The translations under genes were made by a program, and so were the position numbers. DNA of 64,000 nucleotides. It comes from an uncultured Clostridia bacterium. GTDB taxonomy: Bacteria; Bacillota; Clostridia; TANB77; CAG-508. Positions 8,656 through 18,706 of the stretch are shown one piece after another (position 1 is the first letter of the stretch; each line of letters opens with the position of its first letter). The notes below the pieces were generated by a model that had not been told where the DNA came from, did not search any database, and saw nothing but the letters and a program-made list of their open reading frames with translations. Where the stretch lies: contig CAKPNF010000002.1 in NCBI GenBank assembly GCA_934168305.1, forward strand, positions 32,308-96,307, read 5' to 3'.

Positions 8656-9657
8656 ATGGGAAATAAAGTAGATATATTACTAACAACATACAATACAAAA
8701 ATCGAATATTTAAAAATCCAATTAGACAGCATATTAAATCAAACATATAAAAATTTTACACTAATAATATCAGATGACTGTTCTTCAAACAAAGAAGTCA
8801 TAGATGTATTAAAAGAATATGAACAAAAAGATAATAGAATACAATTATACATTCAACCACAAAATTTAGGATACACAAAAAATTTTGAATTTGTGTTAAC
8901 AAAATCAACAGCTAACTACATAGCATTTAGTGACCATGATGATATATGGTATCCAAATAAAATAGAAGAAAGCCTAAAAATATTAAAAGAAAAAAAAGTT
9001 GATTTAGTTTATTGTGATGCAAAACAAATTGATGAAAATGGAAAAGTGTTACATGGAAGTTATTTAAGATATAAAAATATGCCTATATTAAATGAAAAAT
9101 ACAATAAAGAGATATTACCATTTTCAAGACATATAGCAATTGGATGTAGTCAATTATTTACAAAACAAGTAAAAGATTTAATGATACCATTTACAGAAAA
9201 TACAATGGCGCATGATTGGCATTCACTTTATATTGCAAGTAAATTGAAAGGAATTTATTGCATAGACAAGCCATTGTTTGAATATAGGCTTCATGGAAAC
9301 AACGCCTTTGGTGGTAGAAGCTTTAAACAAAATGTGAAAATATGGAAAGAAAGAAATGGAAATAGCTATAAATCTTATTTAAAATACAGGCATAGAGCCA
9401 TTACAGAAACATATTTAGCCGGAGTATTAATGTGTGAAGATTATAATTCTAAACTTCCAAAAAATGAAAAACAAGAAAAAACTGAGAAAAAAATAATTAA
9501 ATATTTTGAAAATTCTCAAAAATCAAAAATTTTATATTTTCCAATTCATAAATATTTTAAATATTTATATTTTAAAGGAATGAAAAAAAGAAAGTATAAG
9601 GAAATTATGATTTTACACTTTCCATTGCTAAGCTACATAGTTTTTTCAATTATATAA
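8656..9657 (+). CDS. glycosyltransferase family 2
   Basis: LLTTYNTKIEYLKIQLDSILNQTYKNFTLIISDDCSSN and a DHDD(I)W motif. GT2 rhamnosyltransferase-like. Confidence 0.8.
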   Translation: MGNKVDILLTTYNTKIEYLKIQLDSILNQTYKNFTLIISDDCSSNKEVIDVLKEYEQKDNRIQLYIQPQNLGYTKNFEFVLTKSTANYIAFSDHDDIWYPNKIEESLKILKEKKVDLVYCDAKQIDENGKVLHGSYLRYKNMPILNEKYNKEILPFSRHIAIGCSQLFTKQVKDLMIPFTENTMAHDWHSLYIASKLKGIYCIDKPLFEYRLHGNNAFGGRSFKQNVKIWKERNGNSYKSYLKYRHRAITETYLAGVLMCEDYNSKLPKNEKQEKTEKKIIKYFENSQKSKILYFPIHKYFKYLYFKGMKKRKYKEIMILHFPLLSYIVFSII

Positions 9658-9725
9658 AACATTTATACAATTTGAAACTTTTTTTAGTTTTAATTGTATC
9701 TATATATATAAAAGGAGGAAAACAA

Positions 9726-12143
9726 ATGAAAATTTTAAAAAATGAAATAGTATTAAAAATCTTTTGTACATGTACATTATTAATTGCATTAATATTAGGA
9801 TGTATGGGAAATCAATATGCAACTGAAACTGAAAAAAATACTCGACAAATAACAAAGCCAAGTGTAATGTATAACACACATATACAAAATGAAGGATGGG
9901 AAAAAGATTTTTCTAAAAAAGATGGTGAGATGTCAGGAACATCTGGAAAATCTTTAAGACTTGAAGCTATAAAAATAAAATTAGATAATCTAAAAGATGT
10001 TTCAATTAAATATAAAACACATGTCCAAAATATAGGTTGGCAAGACTGGAAATCTGATGGACAAATGTCAGGAACATCTGGAATGTCATATCGTTTAGAA
10101 GGAATAAGAATAAAACTAGAAAACACAGAAAGATATAGTGTTATGTACAGAGTCCATGTTCAAAACATTGGATGGCAAGACTGGAAATATGATGGAGAAA
10201 TGGCAGGAACAGAAGGACAATCTTTAAGATTAGAAGGAATTGAAATAAAAATCATTGATAAAGTAGAAAAAGGAAAAATAAATATAGATACTTTTATTTC
10301 AGATACATATTACGAAGAAAAAGAACTAAAAATAGATGGATGGAAGATGGCAAATATTGAAGAAACAAAAATAAAAGCAACAGTAGATAACAACGAAATC
10401 AAAGAAATAAATTACATCCAAAGACAAGATGTAATAAATTCAATAGAAGGATATGGAACTATAAAAGAAAACCCAAATCCAGGATTTAATTTTTATATAA
10501 AATTAAATGATTTAAAAGAAGGAAAACATACATTAAAAGTCTCTATAGTAAATAAAAGCGGAAAAGAAATACAAACATACACAAAAAAATTTACAATAGA
10601 TAGAAATATTCAATTAAAATATTGTACACATGTTCAAAGTATAGGATGGCAAGGTTGGAGAACTGGGCCTAATATGTCAGGAACATCTGGACAAGGATTA
10701 AGATTAGAAGCAATACAAATAAAAGCATTTAACTTACCTGAAGGAGTTACATTAAAATATCAAACACATATCCAAAATGAAGGATGGCAAAATTGGAAAA
10801 ATAACGGAGAAATGTCAGGAACATCAGGAAAAGGATTAAGACTTGAAGGTATAAAAATAAAATTAGAAGGTACATCAGATTATTCTGTAATGTATAGAAC
10901 ACATGTCCAAAGCATAGGATGGCAAGATTGGTGCTATGATGGAGAAACATCAGGAACATTTGGGGAAGAATTAAGATTAGAAGCAATTGAAATTAAAATA
11001 GTGCCAAAAATAAAAGATACAAAAACAAGAATTAATATTGACAATCCAACAGAGCAAATTGAAAAAACAAATCAAACAATAAAAGGTTGGGTAATGACAA
11101 CAGAAAAAGATACAAAAGTAAAAGTATTAATAGATGAAAAAGAAATAAATGAAAAAAACATAAAGAGAACGGAAAGAAAAGATGTAATAAATGCAATAAA
11201 GGGTTATGGTGATGAAGATACCTCTAATAAAAATCCAGGATTTGAAGCTAATATTGACTTTTCAAAATATTCTTTAGGAAAACATGAGATAAAAGTACAA
11301 GTACTAAGCCAAAACAATGTAATAAGTGAAACTACTAAAGATTTTACAATAAAAAATAAAATTGAATATAGTGAAGGAATATATGGAGTAACAGGACTAA
11401 AAGCAATAGGTGATAATAGAGGAAATAGTCTAAAATATTATAAATATGGAAGTGGACCAAATGTATTTTTTGCAACATTTGCAATACATGGGTTTGAAGA
11501 TATCTGGTCAAAAGACGGACAAGAATTAGTAACAATTGCTAATAATTTTTATCAACAATTAATAAATAATAAAGATTATGATTTAGCTGAAAAATGGACA
11601 ATATATATATTTCCAGGAATAAATTTAGATGGATTGAATTATGGTTATACAAATTATGGACCAGGAAGAACAACTTTATTTAGTCAGGCACCTAATAATA
11701 GAGGAATAGATTTAAATAGATGTTGGCAAATAGGAAGTGACTATACAAGATATACAGATAGCAGAAATTACAATGGAACATCTGGATTTCAAGCATATGA
11801 GGCACAATATTTAAGAGATTTCTTGTTAAAAAACAAATCACAAAGCGGTCAAACTATATTAGTAGACTTACATGGATGGACAACGCAAGTAATAGGAGAT
11901 AGTAAAATATGTTCATATTATTCAAAACAATTTCCTGAAAATGATAAATCAGCAGTAGGAAGATATGGAACTGGATACTTAATAAATTGGGCAAGAAGTT
12001 CATTAGGTTCAACATCAAAAGCAGCAAAATCAGCATTAATAGAATTACCAAGTGCAGGAATTAATGGACATCAATCTGTTATAGAACATAATTATTCTAA
12101 TAGATATATACAAGCAACATTAGATATGTTAAAAAATATTTAA
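9726..12143 (+). CDS. lipoprotein with six ChW repeats and a C-terminal M14 zinc-carboxypeptidase-like domain (putative cell-wall peptidase)
   Basis: SD aaaggagga. Lipobox LILGC. Six Y(R/K)THVQNIGWQDWK...GT(S/E)G...LRLEAI units (ChW). C-terminus HGFED (HxxE), GIDLNRCW and VDLHGW resemble the M14 zinc ligand motifs. Confidence 0.7.
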   Translation: MKILKNEIVLKIFCTCTLLIALILGCMGNQYATETEKNTRQITKPSVMYNTHIQNEGWEKDFSKKDGEMSGTSGKSLRLEAIKIKLDNLKDVSIKYKTHVQNIGWQDWKSDGQMSGTSGMSYRLEGIRIKLENTERYSVMYRVHVQNIGWQDWKYDGEMAGTEGQSLRLEGIEIKIIDKVEKGKINIDTFISDTYYEEKELKIDGWKMANIEETKIKATVDNNEIKEINYIQRQDVINSIEGYGTIKENPNPGFNFYIKLNDLKEGKHTLKVSIVNKSGKEIQTYTKKFTIDRNIQLKYCTHVQSIGWQGWRTGPNMSGTSGQGLRLEAIQIKAFNLPEGVTLKYQTHIQNEGWQNWKNNGEMSGTSGKGLRLEGIKIKLEGTSDYSVMYRTHVQSIGWQDWCYDGETSGTFGEELRLEAIEIKIVPKIKDTKTRINIDNPTEQIEKTNQTIKGWVMTTEKDTKVKVLIDEKEINEKNIKRTERKDVINAIKGYGDEDTSNKNPGFEANIDFSKYSLGKHEIKVQVLSQNNVISETTKDFTIKNKIEYSEGIYGVTGLKAIGDNRGNSLKYYKYGSGPNVFFATFAIHGFEDIWSKDGQELVTIANNFYQQLINNKDYDLAEKWTIYIFPGINLDGLNYGYTNYGPGRTTLFSQAPNNRGIDLNRCWQIGSDYTRYTDSRNYNGTSGFQAYEAQYLRDFLLKNKSQSGQTILVDLHGWTTQVIGDSKICSYYSKQFPENDKSAVGRYGTGYLINWARSSLGSTSKAAKSALIELPSAGINGHQSVIEHNYSNRYIQATLDMLKNI

Positions 12144-12155
12144 AAGGATTCAAAT

Positions 12156-12906
12156 ATGAAAAAAAGAAAATTAATAGTTATAAGTGCATTAATAATTGCA
12201 TTAATTATACTAAGTTTTGTATTTTATATAATAATGTCAAAGAAAAACAACAGTACAAACAATAATGATGAGTTTGAATATACACAACTAGATAAAAATG
12301 AAATTCAATATCAAGAAAATACAACAATAGAGGATTTAAAAAAACAAACAAGTATAACTCGGAAACAATGATATATATGAAATACAAAAAGAATATGATG
12401 GAAGAAAAGTTTTGACTGTAAAAGCAAATGTGAAATATAAAGTAGCCCTTGCTGGAATGATAAAAAAAACACTACCTTCATTTGAAGAATTAGATAAAAT
12501 TCTAGAACAAAAATCACCTAAATATAGAGGAATATGGATTGAGCAAAATAGCAGAGATAAATTATTAAAATTATTTAACAGCAGTGAGAAAATTAATTCA
12601 AAATATTCAATTAATAACGAAGGATATTTAGAAATTGTAGAGAAAAATTTTCAAACTAATTATGACAAAAAAATAGAAAACGCTATAAATGGTGAAAAAC
12701 AGTATATATTAGATATATCCAGTGTTTGTTATATTGTCGATGATGTTACAGGTGAGATATTGGATTATAATTTTGAAAATATGGATAAATATCAGACATA
12801 TGAATATTTTAAGGATGGTGATAAAAATATTATCTTTATTAATCAAAATACTGATAATCAATTAGCAAGTTCTGAAATTATCGATAGTATCATAGAAATA
12901 TTTTAA
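12156..12906 (+). pseudogene. membrane-anchored hypothetical protein, frame interrupted by a single C insertion at ~12360 (actCGGAAAc)
   Basis: ORFs 12156..12371 (frame 0) and 12412..12906 (frame 1) join into one ~250 aa frame if the C at 12360 is removed. No stop codon occurs in the joined frame. Confidence 0.45.
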
Positions 12907-12932
12907 AAGAGTTCATTTTTGAACTCTTTTTT
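12906..12932 (+). terminator. intrinsic terminator
   Basis: aagagttca-ttttt-tgaactctt followed by a T-run. Confidence 0.7.
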
Positions 12933-12933
12933 G

Positions 12934-12962
12934 TTGACAAAAAGCCAATTTAAATATAGAAT
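12934..12962 (+). promoter_or_regulatory. sigma-A type promoter for the ABC exporter / glycosyltransferase operon
   Basis: TTGACA - 17 nt - TAGAAT. Confidence 0.55.
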
Positions 12963-13053
12963 ATAAAAGAAAAAAATAAGCTTGAAAAATGTCTATTTTT
13001 AGACATAAATATAAAATTATAAAACAAGAAAATTTTGAAATAAGGAGACAAAG

Positions 13054-13845
13054 ATGGAATTTATAAAAACATTATGGAAAAATAGGAAAATAGCATGGAA
13101 ATTAGGAAAGAGCGATTTTAAAAATAGATTTGCAAGTACAAGTTTAGGAAGTGTATGGGGGTTCTTACAACCATTTGTATTTATGATTATGTATGTAATA
13201 GTATTTCAATTCATATTTGGAATGGAAGGAGATAATGGCTCACCATATGTAGTATGGTTTTTACCAGGAATGTCAATATGGCAAGTTATAAATGATAGCA
13301 TAATGAGTTCAAGCATGTCAATAAGAAGTTACAGTTATTTAGTAAAAAAAGTAGTATTCCCAATAGATATAATTCCAGTAATAAGTATTATAGGAAGTAG
13401 TTTTGTATCAATATTTTTATTAGCAGTAGCAACAGTAATATGCATAGTATTTGGATACATGCCAAACATATTATCAGTTTTATATGTTATTATAGCACTA
13501 TATGCATTTATATTAGCATTTACAAGATTCACATCAGCACTTACAACACTTGTTCCAGACTTTTCTAATTTACTTGGAATATTAATGCAACTATTTTTCT
13601 GGGCAACACCAGTTGTATGGAGTCTAACAAGACTTGCAGGACATCAAAAAATATTAGAAATAATACAATGCATGCCATTTGCATATTTAGTAACAGCATT
13701 TAGAGAAGCATTTATGGGTGGAAATATAATTACTGCACACAATGGAATGTATACAATAATATTTTGGATAATTACAATAATAATGTTTATATGGGGAAAT
13801 CATATATTTAACAAAAACAAAAAAGATTTTGCAGATGTACTATAG
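13054..13845 (+). CDS. ABC-2 type polysaccharide/teichoic-acid export permease (TagG/Wzm-like)
   Basis: Six predicted TM helices. ABC-2 family pattern. Followed by the cognate ATPase. Confidence 0.75.
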   Translation: MEFIKTLWKNRKIAWKLGKSDFKNRFASTSLGSVWGFLQPFVFMIMYVIVFQFIFGMEGDNGSPYVVWFLPGMSIWQVINDSIMSSSMSIRSYSYLVKKVVFPIDIIPVISIIGSSFVSIFLLAVATVICIVFGYMPNILSVLYVIIALYAFILAFTRFTSALTTLVPDFSNLLGILMQLFFWATPVVWSLTRLAGHQKILEIIQCMPFAYLVTAFREAFMGGNIITAHNGMYTIIFWIITIIMFIWGNHIFNKNKKDFADVL

Positions 13846-13860
13846 AAAGGAAACAGAAAA

Positions 13861-14853
13861 ATGCAAGAAACAATAGATGTACTATTAGCAACATATAATG
13901 GAGAAAAATACATCAAAGAACAAATAGACAGCATATTAAACCAAACATATGAAAATATTAGATTAATAATATCAGATGATTGCTCAAAAGATAAAACACA
14001 AGAAATCTTAAAAGAATATGAGAAAAAAGATAATAGGATAGAATTGTATATACAAGAAAAAAATTTAGGTGTAGTAAAAAATATAGAATTTTTATTAAAG
14101 CAAGTAAAAAATAAATATTATATGTTATCAGACCAAGATGATATATGGCTCCCAGAAAAAATAGAAAAATCATTAGAAACATTATTAGAAAATAATGCTG
14201 ATTTAGTCTTTGGAGATTTAGAAGTTGTTAATCAAGACTTAAAAACAATGTATCCATCATTTGGAGATTTCATGTTATTAAATAAAAAAATACATAAATA
14301 CATAAACAGTAATATGTTAAATTATATATACAACTGTGTAACAGGATGCACAATACTTGCCAAAAAGGAAACAATACAAAAAATATTGCCATTACCTAAA
14401 AAATCCAAATATTTAATCCATGATCATTGGATTGGATTAATGACAAGTATATATGGAAAAGTTGTATATATGCCAGAAAAATATATAAAATATAGGCAAC
14501 ATGGAAACAATCAAGTAGGTACAGACAAAATATCACATGGATTTAAAAAATTAGATCAAGTAAGAGAATTATTTATAAATGTAAAATTAGGTGTATTTGG
14601 TACTTATGTAGAAAATAACGATAGATTTCCAGAAGATATGCAAAAACTAAATACAGAAATATATGAATATTTTAAAATGATACAAAACAAGAAAAACATC
14701 AATTTTAGAAAATGGAAAACTTTTCATAAATTATATAAAACAGAAAGTTTTAGTTATTATATATTGAACTTTATAATAATGAATATACCAATGCTTGGAA
14801 GACCATTATTCAATATTAGATATGCAATACTAAAACTTTTAGGAAAAAGATAA
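13861..14853 (+). CDS. glycosyltransferase family 2
   Basis: LLATYNGEKYIKEQIDSILNQTYENIRLIISDDCSKD. Paralog of 8656 and 30085. Confidence 0.8.
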   Translation: MQETIDVLLATYNGEKYIKEQIDSILNQTYENIRLIISDDCSKDKTQEILKEYEKKDNRIELYIQEKNLGVVKNIEFLLKQVKNKYYMLSDQDDIWLPEKIEKSLETLLENNADLVFGDLEVVNQDLKTMYPSFGDFMLLNKKIHKYINSNMLNYIYNCVTGCTILAKKETIQKILPLPKKSKYLIHDHWIGLMTSIYGKVVYMPEKYIKYRQHGNNQVGTDKISHGFKKLDQVRELFINVKLGVFGTYVENNDRFPEDMQKLNTEIYEYFKMIQNKKNINFRKWKTFHKLYKTESFSYYILNFIIMNIPMLGRPLFNIRYAILKLLGKR

Positions 14854-14867
14854 AAAGAGGTTAAATA

Positions 14868-16217
14868 ATGGACAAAGAAAATCTAAATAACGAATGTGTA
14901 ATTGAAATAAAAAATTTAAAAAAAGATTATAAAATGTATAAAACAAAAAAGGCAAGACTATTAGAAGCGGTCTTACCTTTCTATGAAAATCATAGTACAT
15001 TTAGTGCTATAAATAATCTTGATTTGGAGATTCATAAAGGAGAAGTCCTAGGAATACTAGGAAAAAATGGAGCAGGAAAATCAACATTACTAAAAATGAT
15101 AACAGGTGTTGTAACTCCAACTTCTGGAACAATAAAAGTAAATGGAAAAATAAGTTCATTATTGGAATTAGGAGCAGCATTTAATCAAGAGCTAACAGGA
15201 GAAGAAAATATATATCAACATGGACAAGTTATGGGACTAACAAGAGAAGAAATAGAAGCAACAAAACAAGATATAATAGATTTTGCTGATATAGGAGACC
15301 ATCTATATCAACCAGTAAAAACATATTCTTCCGGAATGTTTGCAAGACTAGCATTTGCTTGTGCAATAAATGTAAATCCCGATATTCTAATAGTTGACGA
15401 GGTTTTATCAGTTGGAGATATAGCATTTCAATTAAAATGTTTTAAAAAATTCGAACAATTTAAAGAAAAAGGAAAAACAATTCTTTTTGTTACGCACAAT
15501 GTAACTGATGTAATAAGAAATTGTAATAGGGCAATAATTATAAATGAAGGCAAAAAAATATATGATGGTACAGTTAAAGATGGTGTGGAAAAATATAAAA
15601 AGATAATTGTTAAACAAGATAAAGACAAAGAACAAATAGATGAAAAAGAAAAAATAGAAAATGAACAAAATAAAAATTTTGGGTTAAACAAAGGAAATAT
15701 AATAAAAAGCACATGGAAAGAAAACTATGCAGTAAATCCTAATATTATAGAATATGGAAATGGAAAGGCAGATTTAATAGATTTCGGAATTTTTGATTTA
15801 AACGGAAACATTTTAACATCTATTCCAAATGATAAAGAAATTGTATTAAAATCAAAAGTTGTATTTAATGAAAAAGTCGTAGACCCAATTTTTACAATGA
15901 CAGTAAAAGACTTTAAAGGATTAGACATGATGGGAACAAATACGTTAATAGAAAAAATATTAACAGGAACATATGAAAAAGGAGATACAGCGATTGCTGA
16001 ATTTAGACAAAAAATTAGTCTATCTCCAAATAAATACACATTATCATTTAGTTGTACGCATTTTGATGGAAATGGGGAACTAGAAGTATTAAGCAGAAAA
16101 TATGATGCACTATTAGTTGAAATAACATCAAACAAAGACAGTGTTGGATTATATAGATTAGATTCTAAAATAAATGTTACAAAAATAGAGGGAGCTAAAG
16201 AAAATGAAAAAAAATAA
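14868..16217 (+). CDS. ABC transporter ATP-binding protein (TagH/Wzt-like) with extra C-terminal domain
   Basis: Walker A GKNGAGKST, signature YSSGMFARLAFA, Walker B ILIVDE. About 200 extra C-terminal residues, as in Wzt-type carbohydrate-binding extensions. Confidence 0.85.
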   Translation: MDKENLNNECVIEIKNLKKDYKMYKTKKARLLEAVLPFYENHSTFSAINNLDLEIHKGEVLGILGKNGAGKSTLLKMITGVVTPTSGTIKVNGKISSLLELGAAFNQELTGEENIYQHGQVMGLTREEIEATKQDIIDFADIGDHLYQPVKTYSSGMFARLAFACAINVNPDILIVDEVLSVGDIAFQLKCFKKFEQFKEKGKTILFVTHNVTDVIRNCNRAIIINEGKKIYDGTVKDGVEKYKKIIVKQDKDKEQIDEKEKIENEQNKNFGLNKGNIIKSTWKENYAVNPNIIEYGNGKADLIDFGIFDLNGNILTSIPNDKEIVLKSKVVFNEKVVDPIFTMTVKDFKGLDMMGTNTLIEKILTGTYEKGDTAIAEFRQKISLSPNKYTLSFSCTHFDGNGELEVLSRKYDALLVEITSNKDSVGLYRLDSKINVTKIEGAKENEKK

Positions 16218-17103
16218 AATTCTAAGAATAATTACAACATTAATTTTGATTGTTGTAATTATATCCACTCTATTATACATAAAAAGAAGAAACAATTATA
16301 TATATATAACACAATTTTCACCAACAACATCAAGACAAATGATGGGTTATGCAATTAAAACCAAAAATGGAAAAATAGTTATAATAGATGGTGGAACACG
16401 AGAAGATGCAAATCAACTTGAAAATTATATTATAAATAATGGTGGAGAAGTAGAAGCATGGTTCATTACACATCCTCATGTTGATCATGCGGGTGCATTT
16501 GAAGTAATTTCACAAAATGATGAAATAAAAATTAATAATATATATATGTCAATAACTAATAAAGAATGGTATATAGAAAATGAGCCAAAAAGAAAAGAAG
16601 ACATAGATGATTTCTTTGAAGTTGTAGAAGAAGAAAAAATAACAAATAAGATTATAGAGCCACAAATAAATGACGTAATTAAAATTGATAATATAAGTGC
16701 AAAAATCTTAGGAATAAAAAACACAGAAATAACAAATAATGCAATAAATAATTCTAGTATGGTAATACAAATAAAAATAAATCAAAAGAAAATATTGTTT
16801 TTAGGAGACACAGGAACAGAAAGTAGTACAAAATTAATAAAAGAACAAGCAAAGAACTTAAAATCTGATATTGTCCAAGTAGCACATCATGGTCAAAATG
16901 GAGCAACAGAAGAACTATACAAAATAGTAAAACCTAAAATATGTTTATGGCCAACAACAGATTGGTTGTGGGAAAATAGTGTTGATGGAGTAGAGGGGAC
17001 AGGACCTTGGAAAACTACAGAGACAAGAAAATGGATGGAAAATTTAAAAGTAAAACAAAATTATTTGGCCCAAAATGGAATACAATATATTAAAATTTTT
17101 TAG
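16204..17103 (+). CDS. MBL-fold metallo-hydrolase related to the ComEC/Rec2 C-terminal lactamase domain, with N-terminal TM anchor
   Basis: ITHPHVDHAG (HxHxDH) and VQVAHHGQNGAT motifs. Confidence 0.55.
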   Translation: MKKNKILRIITTLILIVVIISTLLYIKRRNNYIYITQFSPTTSRQMMGYAIKTKNGKIVIIDGGTREDANQLENYIINNGGEVEAWFITHPHVDHAGAFEVISQNDEIKINNIYMSITNKEWYIENEPKRKEDIDDFFEVVEEEKITNKIIEPQINDVIKIDNISAKILGIKNTEITNNAINNSSMVIQIKINQKKILFLGDTGTESSTKLIKEQAKNLKSDIVQVAHHGQNGATEELYKIVKPKICLWPTTDWLWENSVDGVEGTGPWKTTETRKWMENLKVKQNYLAQNGIQYIKIF

Positions 17104-17135
17104 TATATTAAATAAAAATAGTGAAAGGTAAAATT

Positions 17136-18686
17136 ATGGAAGATATAGAAATTAAGATGGAAGATATATCGACTGCTAAGAAAAATATAATTAGTTGGTA
17201 TCCATTTGAAAAAGAAAAATCATTATTAGAAATAAATTCAAATTCAAAACAAATTACAGAAGAATTACAGAAAAAAGTTAAAAATGTAATTTCAATAAAT
17301 ACAGAAGAAATAGAAAATGTAACTGAAACATTTGATTATATTACAATAATTGGACTAGAAAATATAAACAATAATTTACAAAAACTATTTGAAAAAATAA
17401 AAACAATATTAAAGCCAAACGGAAAACTTTTAATTGCAATGAACAACAAATATTCTGTAAAAAATTTATCAACTCAAAACGGAATAAATAAAATTTTGAA
17501 AAATGAAAATAAAGAATATAAATTAGACGATGTAATAAAAAATTTGAACGATTCTGGATTTAATAATAGCAAAATTTATTATCCATTAACAGACTATAAA
17601 TTTACAAATGTTATATTTACAGATGAGCATAAAATATCAAAAAGTGAACTATCAAGAAATATTGTTTATAATAGTGAAGAAAGTATAAAATTCTTTGAAG
17701 AAAATGATATGATAGATAAGCTAATTGAAGATAATATAGAACTTAAGCAATTTTTAAATTCATTTTTTATAGAAGCATTTAATGGTGACTATGTAGATAA
17801 TGAAATTAGGTTAGTAACATTTTCAAATATGAGAAAAAATAAATATAAAATTAAAACAATAGTAAAAAAAGATTATGTTTATAAATACCCAGATAGTGAT
17901 GAAAGCAAAAAACATATTGAGAATATAAAGAAAAACATTGATATAATGCTAAAATCAAAATTAAAAACAATAGATAGCTATGACGAAGAAAAAATAATAA
18001 GCAAATACGTTGAATATGACACTTTTGACAAAGTCATAATTCAAACAGTAAAAAGAGATAAAAATAAAGCATTAGAACTAATAAAAAAATTTAAAGAGAA
18101 TTTATTAGAAAATTTAGAAGAGGGTCAAAAAAACAAAAATGTATTTGATAAATATTCTATCAAGTATGATACAGAAATAATAGACAACATGAAATTTACC
18201 AAATATGGATTATGGGACTTAATATTTCAAAATTGCTTTTATATAGATGAAAATTTCTATTTTTATGATCAAGAATGGATAGAAGAAAATGTTCCAATAG
18301 AATTTATATTATATAGAGCAATCAAATATATTCCAAATATAAAAGAATATATTTCAACAGATGAACTATATGGAATTTTAGATATAAATGAGGAAAAAGT
18401 AAAAATATTTGAAGAATTAGATGACAAAATTCAAGAAGAAAAAAGAAATGATAAAGTTTGGCAAATGCAAAAGAATGGAAAGACAACCGAAGAATTAAGA
18501 ATACAAAAGTTAACTGACAACCACACAATAAATTTATTAAACATTGAAATCGAAAAAAAGAAAAAAGATATTGAAGAATTAAAAAGAACATGTGAAAATG
18601 CACAAAATGAAGTTAATATTATATATCAATCAAAATCTTGGAAAATAGCAGAAAAATTTAGAAAGATAAGAAAAATTTTTAAATAG
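17136..18686 (+). CDS. hypothetical protein, possible methyltransferase-like N-terminus and C-terminal coiled coil
   Basis: ATG at 17136 behind gaaaggtaaa. The in-frame GTG at 17121 is an alternative start. K/E-rich and not membrane-embedded. Confidence 0.35.
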   Translation: MEDIEIKMEDISTAKKNIISWYPFEKEKSLLEINSNSKQITEELQKKVKNVISINTEEIENVTETFDYITIIGLENINNNLQKLFEKIKTILKPNGKLLIAMNNKYSVKNLSTQNGINKILKNENKEYKLDDVIKNLNDSGFNNSKIYYPLTDYKFTNVIFTDEHKISKSELSRNIVYNSEESIKFFEENDMIDKLIEDNIELKQFLNSFFIEAFNGDYVDNEIRLVTFSNMRKNKYKIKTIVKKDYVYKYPDSDESKKHIENIKKNIDIMLKSKLKTIDSYDEEKIISKYVEYDTFDKVIIQTVKRDKNKALELIKKFKENLLENLEEGQKNKNVFDKYSIKYDTEIIDNMKFTKYGLWDLIFQNCFYIDENFYFYDQEWIEENVPIEFILYRAIKYIPNIKEYISTDELYGILDINEEKVKIFEELDDKIQEEKRNDKVWQMQKNGKTTEELRIQKLTDNHTINLLNIEIEKKKKDIEELKRTCENAQNEVNIIYQSKSWKIAEKFRKIRKIFK

Positions 18687-18706
18687 AGAAAGGAATTGAT
18701 TTTCGA

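Noticed and set aside
12156-12906. Treating 12156..12371 and 12412..12906 as two independent genes
   Set aside because: The second ORF has only a TTG start and no SD. A single C at 12360 separates two frames that read through without stops, matching the same CGGAA insertion signature seen in radA and fabD.
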